64,000 bases of DNA from contig OZ024743.1 in assembly GCA_964016885.1 (NCBI GenBank), forward strand, positions 237,336,001-237,400,000, given 5' to 3'. This document shows, one piece after another, positions 52,001 through 59,867 of the stretch. The stretch is from Eledone cirrhosa (taxonomy: Eukaryota). The notes beneath the pieces were generated by a model. That model was not told the DNA's origin. It made no database searches and saw only the letters and a program-made list of their open reading frames with translations. A program made the position numbers and the translations under genes. Numbering within the stretch: the first letter of the stretch is position 1; each line of letters opens with the position of its first letter.

Positions 52001-52473
52001 TACCTACACGGCCACATTACAGCGTGGACTGTGTTTTTTTGTTGTGACACCTACACAACCTCATTTATTTTGGACTGGATGTTGTGGTACCAACATAACT
52101 TTACAGAGAGAGAGTATTGTTGGTGGTAGTGGGATGGGGGTGTATATTTGGTTAAGAGGTGCCTACTGACTGTAGGTTTCGCTTTGTACTTAGGCAAGGT
52201 GGGTCTTCTGTATTACTGTGTAGCGCCAATGATCTTGGTCCAGTGACATTGTCTTAGAGAGGTGCAAGTGTGTAAGGTCGGAATTTATCAAATCCAGAAT
52301 ATAAATTATTTTACAAAGATGTCTATATAGCAAGGTGGTGCCCCAGCATGGCCTCAGCCAGATGGCTGGAACAGGTAAAAGAGATAACAATTTCAGCTAA
52401 TTTCTGTTATTTTTTATCAATATTTCAGGATGTTTGGACATTGCTTCTAATTCTCAACATTTGAAGAAAATTG
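20935..52473 (+). CDS. DDX11: DDX11/ChlR1 Fe-S cluster DEAH DNA helicase, spliced, 3'-partial (14 coding exons, 492 codons in window)
   Basis: The joined exons give [11 protein letters not shown] (Q motif), [12 protein letters not shown] (Walker A), [17 protein letters not shown] (motif Ia), four Fe-S cysteines (NMC, NDRC, NCPFY, CPYY), IIDEAHN (motif II) and [15 protein letters not shown]. These are collinear with known DDX11 proteins. All introns are GT-AG and the phases are consistent. Confidence 0.96.
21280..21485 (+). mobile_element. RTE-clade 3' fragment (third family); related pieces at ~24760-25075(-), 43520-43745(-), 47110-47230(-)
   Basis: [29 protein letters not shown] remnants. 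Confidence 0.7.
21669..21870 (+). mobile_element. piggyBac-type MITE; copies at 40204-40414, ~30420-30620, ~41025-41230, ~24190-24580 and 48803-50642(-)
   Basis: TTAA|CCCTTTAGCATTTA...TAAAT(A/G)CTAAAGGG|TTAA termini; ~200 bp, non-coding. Confidence 0.85.
22048..22178 (+). CDS. DDX11: DDX11 coding exon 2 ([18 protein letters not shown]...GIFESPTGT)
   Basis: atttcag acceptor, gtgagt donor; encodes the Q motif and the first half of Walker A. Confidence 0.96.
22218..22810. repeat. ~33-bp minisatellite (aaagtgttatgtgatgtaatgacagtgttaaag)
   Basis: About 17 tandem copies. Confidence 0.9.
22820..23407 (-). mobile_element. Tc1-family transposon 5' fragment
   Basis: Terminal TA|CAGTCGTGTTAAAA on the minus strand; N-terminal HTH-like peptide [35 protein letters not shown]. 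Confidence 0.8.
25593..25702 (+). CDS. DDX11: DDX11 coding exon 3 ([17 protein letters not shown]...)
   Basis: tttcag acceptor; completes Walker A. The gtgtgt donor was chosen by phase compatibility. Confidence 0.92.
25746..27215. repeat. 45-46-bp minisatellite (taagtgaaacatagtcctaactcatctaggagggcagttatgacat), interrupted by an insertion
   Basis: More than 20 tandem copies. Confidence 0.95.
25854..26227 (-). mobile_element. Probable solo LTR (374 bp)
   Basis: Splits a minisatellite unit with a GTCC duplication. The minus strand starts TGTAGC, has TATAAAA (~26100) and AATAAA (~25911), and ends TA rather than CA. Confidence 0.65.
27298..27620 (+). mobile_element. tRNA-derived SINE family B head with variable tails; copies at ~11175-11260, 29450-29705, 36680-36975, 41408-41665, 44288-44595(-), 45612-45892(-)
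   Basis: tggcttagtgg A box, gagttcaa(a/t)tc B box, core ccttgagcaag(g/a)cactttatttcacgttgctccag. Confidence 0.85.
28060..28365. repeat. 48-bp tandem array of the RTE 3'-UTR unit
   Basis: catgaccactttacagtgtg(g/t)actggg.. x6; the same motif occurs in the RTE 3' UTR at 12280-12345. Confidence 0.85.
28468..28499 (+). CDS. DDX11: DDX11 coding exon 4, 32-nt microexon ([10 protein letters not shown])
   Basis: ttttacag acceptor and gtttgt donor; bridges phase 2 to phase 1 between exons 3 and 5. Confidence 0.72.
29286..29350 (+). CDS. DDX11: DDX11 coding exon 5 ([22 protein letters not shown])
   Basis: tttcag acceptor, gtataa donor; resembles the EPxWVxQF segment of DDX11. Confidence 0.85.
29716..30148. 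repeat. 48-bp near-perfect minisatellite, 9 copies
   Basis: ttagttacatagagggttagtgcccaaaccttcataggatctctgaga. Confidence 0.95.
30935..31000 (+). CDS. DDX11: DDX11 coding exon 6 ([22 protein letters not shown])
   Basis: ttttag acceptor, gtatgt donor, phase 0-0; basic helical insert region. Confidence 0.8.
31030..31487. repeat. 48-bp near-perfect minisatellite derived from the RTE 3' UTR, ~9.5 copies
   Basis: gtccacactgtaaagtggtcgtgttggtgacatggcaaaaagttccca. Confidence 0.95.
32067..32294 (+). CDS. DDX11: DDX11 coding exon 7 (CHELESEF...LVVEEYISD...KHILK)
   Basis: Acidic insert with an EEYxSD motif, ending at HILK|gtaaat just before motif Ia. The acceptor position is less certain. Confidence 0.9.
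32915..33654 (+). mobile_element. piggyBac transposon 5' part with decayed transposase N-terminus
   Basis: TTAA|CCCTTTAG terminus; acidic N-terminus followed by W..P.F..NTGP...ALDYFFLF...[11 protein letters not shown]; frameshifted and truncated. Confidence 0.85.
34411..35328 (-). pseudogene. Merlin (IS1595/ISXO2-like DDE) transposase with a single in-frame TGA at 35143-35145
   Basis: Zn ribbon CPSC..W.C..C and catalytic motifs [24 protein letters not shown]. The two ORF-track pieces are in the same frame. Confidence 0.9.
37384..37488 (+). CDS. DDX11: DDX11 coding exon 8 ([17 protein letters not shown]...LASRQ)
   Basis: ttccag acceptor, gtaaga donor; helicase motif Ia. Confidence 0.96.
37515..37925. 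repeat. (CAC/CAT)n microsatellite; similar tracts at 42073-42236 and 46505-46727
   Basis: Direct inspection. Confidence 0.95.
38010..40017. repeat. 48-bp minisatellite, ~41 copies, derived from CRE-like endonuclease coding sequence
   Basis: Unit tctggtgtccttggccctaggaccacctccctcacaccaccattgacc matches 14680-14723. Confidence 0.92.
40829..40916 (+). CDS. DDX11: DDX11 coding exon 9 ([29 protein letters not shown])
   Basis: ttgcag acceptor, gtaaga donor; contains Fe-S Cys 1 and 2. Confidence 0.95.
41941..42038 (+). CDS. DDX11: DDX11 coding exon 10 (...[12 protein letters not shown]...DRIL)
   Basis: ttcagcag tandem acceptor (start at 41938 or 41941), gtaagt donor; contains Fe-S Cys 3. Confidence 0.93.
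44054..44149 (+). CDS. DDX11: DDX11 coding exon 11 ([32 protein letters not shown])
   Basis: ttgtag acceptor, gtaagt donor; DIEQL..CPYY with Fe-S Cys 4. Confidence 0.96.
46172..46324 (+). CDS. DDX11: DDX11 coding exon 12 (IVALPYN...[12 protein letters not shown]...GSQ)
   Basis: ttttag acceptor, gtaaga donor; DEAH box. Confidence 0.97.
47225..48267. repeat. 65-bp minisatellite, ~16 copies, derived from RTE coding sequence
   Basis: Unit matches 24967-25033 and the reverse complement of 21340-21402 ([12 protein letters not shown]). Confidence 0.92.
48650..48776 (+). CDS. DDX11: DDX11 coding exon 13 ([26 protein letters not shown]...)
   Basis: ttccag acceptor, gtttgt donor; strongly conserved DDX11 segment. 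Confidence 0.95.
48955..49851 (+). mobile_element. Non-autonomous Helitron; another Helitron 3' end on the minus strand at ~36567-36600
   Basis: A|TC start, subterminal hairpin ccccgagcaacgccgggc, CTAG|T end, no TSD. It splits a piggyBac MITE. An internal ~91-bp tandem repeat lies at 49255-49565. Confidence 0.85.
50043..50640. repeat. 60/71-bp tandem amplification of the piggyBac-MITE end; also at 24200-24450
   Basis: gtaaagcctttactgtgaaaatacaatagtatatatagagtaatgtaaat x9. Confidence 0.9.
51000..51658. repeat. ~41-bp pyrimidine-rich minisatellite
   Basis: tatctatgtacatatctctcacttggtgctcccctctctc x~16. Confidence 0.9.
51801..52295 (-). mobile_element. Older 3' fragment of the PHD-RTE family; further 3'-UTR pieces at 23720-24038(+), 28596-28915(-), 42802-43070(-), 43130-43470(-), 45066-45430(-), 53190-53420(+)
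   Basis: [24 protein letters not shown] plus the 3' UTR ending aacccatgctagcatggaagatggacgttaaac(gat)n. Confidence 0.85.
52429..52473 (+). CDS. DDX11: DDX11 coding exon 14 ([15 protein letters not shown])
   Basis: tttcag acceptor, gtgagt donor, phase 1-1, 45 nt; positionally matches the short linker that follows in DDX11. Confidence 0.8.
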
Positions 52474-54014
52474 GTGAGTTTCGTCAAATTTTTTATCAAC
52501 TTTGTCAACGCACAAATACTAGTTTGTAGTGAGTCTCTTTGAAGTACTCTGATTACATGAGACCTAGAATATACCGTCTTAAGAATAATAGAAAGACTTG
52601 TTCAATGAAGTAGTTGGGATGGTCACAGTTTGATTGCTTTTGATCATTGGACTGCTTGATCAGGATTGGCCTGGGGCTAAACAACAGCAAAATCTAGAGA
52701 AACATAAAAGTACTCTCGGGTTCCAAATAATAAGCGGGGTGGAATTGGAAAACCGGTCATTTTTCCAGGTTGTCTTCATTGATTTTTTTAAAACCAGAAT
52801 TAGTTATTTAGTTTACGTATTGAGATCCCCAACCCATCCTATTTATTTTATAATGTATGGGATTTTTGTCATGTATAATGTTTTTTAATGTATAAAGAAA
52901 ATTGCCACAGAGAGTTTATAATGTCTGGGATTTTTGTCATGTATAATGTTTTTTAATGTATAAAGAAAATTGCCACAGAGTTTATAAAAATATTCATTAT
53001 CATCATCACCACGTTCATTTTCTATGTTAGCTTGGATTAGTTCTTACATTCTGAGACTAGATAGGTCAGATAATTATGTCTACTTTATAAGTTCCTTATT
53101 TGGCAAGATTTCTCTGGTTGGGTACCTTTCCTAACACCAATCACTACAGTGGCTACGATGTATGTTTTATCTTGCACCCACACACCTCCCCCACACAAGT
53201 TCCCAGTCTACAGTGTGAAGTGGTTGTCAAGGTGTCCCGACAAAAAGCACCCAGTACTCACTGTAGATTGGTTAGCAATAAGGAGGGCATCCAGCTGTAG
53301 AAACCAAGCCAAAATCAGTTCTGTATGAGCAAGACATGGTCATCTGACCTGGCTTGTCTCACAACAGGAGAAATTGTCTAACCTATGCTAGCATGGAAAA
53401 TGGATGTTAAGCGGTGATGATTACACACACACATGCATCTATATATTGTCATCATTGTTTTAATGTCTGCTCTCCCTTCTAGCAAGGGTTGGACAGGTTC
53501 ACACAAACCAAGTCAGTATTGAAGCAAGGCCACTGATCTCCCAGACAGGCTAGGGATCTGTGTCTCGCTTAAGTATGGTCTCATGTTCTACTGAGTGCAC
53601 AGGGGAGGTTGTCAAGTCTCTAACACAACTAAAAGGCCTCACAACCCTTTGTTTGGCAAGCTTTCTGTAGCTGGATGCCCTTGCTATCACCAGTCACTTC
53701 ACAAGGCAGTAGCGGTTAGGAATGTATCATGTGGAGGGGGGGTAGTGATATTTAAAATAGCTGTTACTGGAGATGAAGGGGTAGGTTAGACTACATTGTA
53801 TCTTGCAGGTTGAGTCCTCTTCAGCATTTCGTAGCGCCAGCCCTCGCAGTCTTTAGTCATATCTGTTGTGAGGTTTAGCTTTTTAAGGTTGATTTTCACA
53901 ACCTCATCATATGTCTTCCTCGATCTACCTCTTCCATGGGTCCCAGCTATTGGGGTTTCTCTTTAAATATACTTCTGTGCATTTTCACCTTCACTTTTTA
54001 ACTATATATATATA

Positions 54015-56097
54015 TTCTATTCTAGGGCGGGTAAAATTCCCAAGATCCATGGACGAGTTCTCTCCAGTGGTCTCTGTCCCTCATTATCGCTGCCATGTCC
54101 TGCGTCTCCAACAGACCAGTGTCTGTCCTTAGGGCATCAACATACGTTAACCTTGGTCTTCCTCTTCCAGTGTGTCCATGTAGGGGCTCCCACAGGAGCA
54201 CTGAGTGCAATGTCAACTCTGGATGCCGGTGAGCATGTCCAGCTAACCTCAGTCTCCTCTGTGTCATTTTTGAGCTGACTTTTGGGAGGCTCCCATACAG
54301 CTCTGAGTTTTTCATCCTCAGTTATACTGATTAATGTTCAGAGCCATCCTCAGCATTCTGGTGTAGCATTCATCCACCATCTGAGTGAGTTTCTTGGTCA
54401 GTGCCCAAGTCTCAGACCCGTACAGCAGCACAGACTCCACTACAGCAATGAAGAGGCGGATTTTCAGGTCTTTACGAAGGTCCGACTTCCACACCGATCT
54501 CAAGCTGTGGCACGCCGCCCAGGCTTTGCTCTTCCTCTCATCCACATCATCTTCTGTATTCCCAATCTTTGCTCCCAAATACAGGAAGTCCTCAACCAAT
54601 TCTAGCGGCTTCCCGCCTACATTAGTGATCCCCTCTGATGTACCCCTTCCATACACATGCACACATGTGTGTATCATGACTCGTGCACTGTTCATTTTAC
54701 TGATGTTTGTGCATTGCCCTATGTACTGTACATGCACTTTTTTGATGAGTTGTGGAGCACCTGGGCACTGTACACAATATTTCATTATTGTTATTATTAT
54801 TATATCATGACTCATACACTGTTCATTTTCCTGACATTTGTACATTATTCTATGTACTATACATGCACCTTTGATGAGTTGTAGTGCACCTGAGCACTGT
54901 ACACAATAATTTCATTATTATTATTATTATTATTCTCTACCAGATATTTTGTTTTAGTCTCATTCATTCTCAGCCCCACACTCATCGACACAGTCTCAAT
55001 CTCTTGCATCAAATCCTCTGTCTCCTTCACTGTATTTGTCACCAAAACTATGTCGTCGGCAAATTCAGCATCTGATATCTTTTTCGCCTTAACTCTCCTG
55101 CTCTGAGCCGGTGCTACAGTAAAGCCAGAGTCCTGGTGTTTCTCCAGTGCAAGGCGCATACAATAGTCCACTACGATGATGAAAAGGTAGGGAGCCAATG
55201 TATCTCCCTGGAGCACTCTAGCCAGTATCTCAAAGAACTCCGTCATCCCATCAGGTGTAATGACTTGGGCTTTGGTGTTGGTGTAGAGCAGTGATATCAG
55301 GTCCACTATCTTCTTGGGGATTCCATAAGCCTGTAAGATCTTCATCAGGCAGTGACAGTCCACAGAATCAAAGGCCTTCCTAAAGTCAATGAAAACCATG
55401 ACCGCAGGAAGGCACTTTGCTCTAGCTCCCTCTAATATCCTCCTCAGCATCAGGATGTGACTGGTGGTTGATCTTCCCTCTCTGAAGCTGTTCTGGTTGT
55501 CTCTGAGCTTCTTCTCCATCTCAGGCTGGATCCTGTTGACGCTCTTTGCCACAAGTGACGTCAGTGAGATCCCCCGGTAGTTGTTGGTGTTAGAGAGATC
55601 TCCCTTCTTTGGCACTGGGACGATGTTACTGATCCTCCACTGATTCGGGGCAACTCCTTTCTCCAGTGCCTGGTTACAGTGCCAGGATGATATCATCAAA
55701 ATCACACCTCTTCATCACCTCTGATGTCACGCCATCTTCTCCATGAGCCTTGTCCTCCTTGATCTTCTTGGCTCTCTGAAGCTCCTCTCTGGTGAAGGGC
55801 TCTGTCTCAATATCCAGTTCTTCAAACAGCCGCCTGATCTCCCCAGTGCTCTGGGCTGTGGAGGGCAGCTCTCCTAGTAGGGTCCTAAAATGGTCTAGCC
55901 ATTTCCTCTTCTTATCCTCGGGCCCTGTTCCCTGGATCTGACTCGAACACCTTCTCTTCCTCCCTGTGATCTCATTGATGATCATCCAGCTCTCCTTACA
56001 TCCAGATCTGTCAACCGCTCTCTCCACACTTCTGATCTTCTCTATCAGTGCCTCTTCTCTGGCCTCAGTGTAAGCGGTGATCAGCTGTCTCTGAGAC
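54015..56097 (-). mobile_element. Decayed RTE-clade LINE, RT half, interrupted by a CR1 3' end at 54635-54933
   Basis: IVPVPKKGD..NYRGISL..FIDFRKAFDSV..VLQGDTLAPYLF..EFADDI..FLYLG..LLYGSETW..RRLRLAGH. Confidence 0.92.
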
Positions 56098-57143
56098 AAA
56101 TATAAAGAATGCAGTTTTGTCCTGCAGAAGAGCCATCAAAATGGGCACTTTGAATGCGAGGACTATTCGGACGCTGGAGAAGAGAGAGGAGTTGGGACAT
56201 CTGTTCGAGGAGAGTGGTATACAGATACTTGCGATCCAAGCACACAGGATCCTACACGATGAGCCCGTGAGGAGTGTGATGATTGGGAAGATGAGCCAGC
56301 TCATCACCACATCGGCAGTGAGGAACATGACCAACGCTGCAGTGGGAGGAGTGGGTTTTATTTTCAGCACAAAAACCAGTCTATTGGTGAATTGGTGAGG
56401 GAAATAATACCTGTCTCCCCGCGAGTGTTGAGGGTGACATTCAATGGAAACCCAAGACTGACAGTCATCTCAGCCTATAGTCCAATTGAGGGAGACAGTG
56501 ATGTGAGTGCAGAAGAGTTCCATGAGGAGGTGTGTAGAGCTGTCAACACCACACAAGCACACAACATCCTGCTTGTTTTGGGGGACTTCAATGCACATCT
56601 GAGTAAGGAGGGCAGTGAAGATCCTTGCTGGTACTTCCATAACAACACCAACCGAAATGGAAGACTACTGAGAGACACCCTGCTGGAGGTGAACTTGATA
56701 GCGACCAGGTTTAGGAAGAATCCGGGGAAGATGGAATAGTGTTCTGAACACAGAACCATACAACTATTTCAGTACACTGGGTAGTGACCACCGGCTTGTT
56801 ATGAGTGAGGTCCGGATGAGCTTAAGAAAGAGCAAGGCTCAGCCCCGGAGAGCAATCTATGACTGGGGAGCTTTCAAGGAAGATAAGCTACAGGAGAGGT
56901 TCACAGTGGAAGTGAGGAACAGGTTCAGTGTTCTGTGTGGAGAGACAGAGGAGAGAGAGATTGGATGGACTGAAGAGAGTGTTACGAGGAGGTACGGGCA
57001 CTTCACCAATGCAGTGGCAGTAGCAAGTGAGACCCTGGTGCCGAGGAGAAAGAACAAAAGGAAGCACGTCAGCTCTGCAGACCCAAAAGTGTGTGTAGCC
57101 AGAGAACACCTGAAAGCTGCCAAGGACCAATTCTATGAGGGAT
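56098..57143 (+). mobile_element. Inverted 5' (APE endonuclease) half of the same RTE element
   Basis: MGTLNARTI..ILAIQ..VGGVG..VISAYSP..VLGDFNAHL..SDHRLV with frameshifts; opposite strand to the RT half. Confidence 0.9.
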
Positions 57144-57146
57144 ATT

Positions 57147-57177
<31 letters not shown>

Positions 57178-57381
57178 ATGCTAGCGTGGAAGATAGATGT
57201 TATAATGAAATACACGGGGTAAAAAAAAAATTTGTAACAAAAAACTCTTTATAATGAGATCGTGTGGCCAGGGATTGAAAAATATTTTGTTATACTGAAA
57301 AATTTGTTATAATGGTATTTTCCCTATATATATATATATATAAATTTATATAAAATTTATATAAATCAACAAAATCTTTAT

Positions 57382-57426
57382 TCGCTGACAATGTTTCGTC
57401 CCAGTAATTAGGACTCTTCAGAGCAA
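57382..57426 (-). ncRNA. Type I hammerhead ribozyme, canonical core with GUC cleavage site
   Basis: Minus strand reads ttgct-CTGAAGA-gtcct(aattact)gggac-GAAA-cattg-TC-agcga. Stems I and II are fully paired and stem III is minimal. Confidence 0.88.
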
Positions 57427-57898
57427 GGAAAAGACAAAAAATATCAACGGCTAGAACAAGCCAAAATTCAGAAGAATAGAGAAATAGAAAAATAGAAATT
57501 TAAATGTTACATTATAAGATATAATATGCAGGTAATATAAAAACAGGATAAGGAGGCAAGGTCTAGGATGTTGCGATATATTTAGATTTCAGGTAACTAA
57601 GAAAGGGCACTTAATTACTAATGGGTAAAAATTTATAATATTTATAACACACCCGATAGTATGTAAGGAAGGATATTTCGGAAAATTATCCAGGAAAGAC
57701 GTGTCAAATAATAGGGTACATTGGTACATAAAAACTATAGGGCAAGAGAGCAAGCAAACATTAAAATAGCCACGTTAAAAGTACAATATATGTCCAATAC
57801 TCGAAATATAACATAGTAATATAATCCGAAAAATAAGATATAAAAAATATAATATAATATACAATACAATGCAATATATAATACAGAAATAAAATTTA

Positions 57899-57929
<31 letters not shown>

Positions 57930-59401
57930 TATACACACACATATACACATTTACACATACACATATTAACAAATATATATATATATGCACTATAATAGAA
58001 TAATCACCCTGACGGTGTGATTAAACAATACTAAAATCAAAGAAATATTGACATTAAAAAACATAAGTACTTCCAACGTACCATGCAAAGTCAACATAAC
58101 ATGTATAAAAACATAACGTATACCACAGGGTAAAAAATAATACCATAAAATAAAATAAAGTATGGTAAAAAAAATATATATATGGTAAAGAATATATAAT
58201 AGATAATAAATAATGAAATATAGCAGGTAAATATTTACCGATAAATACCGATAAAATAAAATTAAAATAAATTAGTCTATAGCAAATATACGATAAGATG
58301 TATAGAGATATAGGCAATTCAAATACATACAGCAATATAATATTACATATTAATATTTCAACACCAAACATATAATTGCAAGGGAGAGAGATTTAAATCA
58401 TATTTACTCAATATATTCATCCACACAAGTGACAAAGGATAGGAAAGACAGACAGAAGCAACAAATTATAGCAAAACAAAACAGAGACAAAAACGCGTAG
58501 GCACAACAAACTGTTAGGTGAAAATTAATGATACAACTATTCAAAGTCAAATAACTGAATCGAAACCGTTTTTAATTTTAATTAATTTATTAAAAGTTAA
58601 ATAAACATTATGGTACACTCCATTAGGAACAAAGTTTAAGTCACTAATGCCGATAGAAATTAAGATATTCCAATAAATGAGCGAATACATTCATCGAATA
58701 TATATTTAATTTCCGTTATGACGACTGACGTTATCCAAAGTAAAGATTCCAATAAAAACTATGGTGGACAAAAAGGAACAGAAAGAAGTAAAACTATGGA
58801 GGACAAGAAGGAACATAAAGATATAATATATATATTCAATAAGGCAAAGATTAAGTGTAGAAAAAATGAAGTTCATTAACCGTAGATGTAGAAGACCAAA
58901 ATTAAACTATTAGTTAGTCAAGGAGACAATAAGATACACTCCAACTAGGGATGAATATAAAGATAGAAATATATTAGTCGACAAAGGATTAGTATAAAGA
59001 TAGAGATATAATAATGGACAAGGGACTAAATAAGCTAAAAAACTAGAAAACTAAAAATCAATAAACTGAAGAAAACTAATAATAAACTAAAAAAAAACTA
59101 AAATGATAAGGAATCCAAACAGCCATTGAATACGAATACGCCACAAACAATTGTGTTATACATATAACTAAACATCCACACACATATACATATTCACAAA
59201 AAATATATATCTACAAATATACCCACAGATACAAAACCCTATACCCACAGAACTACTCACGTGCTAAACTTTCACATACCAACCAGCTTAAGAGAGTGTG
59301 TGTATCAATTCGCCAATGATGATGAAGTATCTACGTCCAGCTATAGAAGACCCCATCCTGTATAGACACCATAACTCACAGAAAAGAGTAAGTGGCACAT
59401 T

Positions 59402-59774
59402 AAGAAATATAAAGAATATAAAAATAAAAATAAAAAATATAAAATATAAAAAATATCTAGACTAGACGTCTAAACCAGAATAGTAAAGTGAGATTCCGAA
59501 AAATCAACTACCTGAGCTTTTAGGTTTATAATAGAAGAAGGAATACCCATTGTATAATTTTCTCTAAAAATGTATTACTAAATAGAAAATCGGAAATCTT
59601 TTCATCCTGTCCGCATGCTATCTCTAATTCCTTCTATTATAAACCTAAAAGCTCAGGTAGTTGATTTTTCGGAATCTCACTTTACTATTCTGGTTTAGAC
59701 GTCTAGTCTAGATATTTTTTATATTTTATATTTTATATTTTATTTATTTTATTTTTATATTCTTTATATTTCTT
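59402..59774. repeat. Inverted repeat with ~135-145-bp arms and ~93-bp spacer
   Basis: 59402-59537 is the reverse complement of 59631-59774 apart from A/T-run slippage. Confidence 0.9.
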
Positions 59775-59867
59775 CCTGCCCATCTGATGGGGTCAATAGT
59801 CCGACTTGTGTACTCAATTGGTCAGTGATACATTGAGCAGGGAAAACGGACATTAAATGATCATGAT

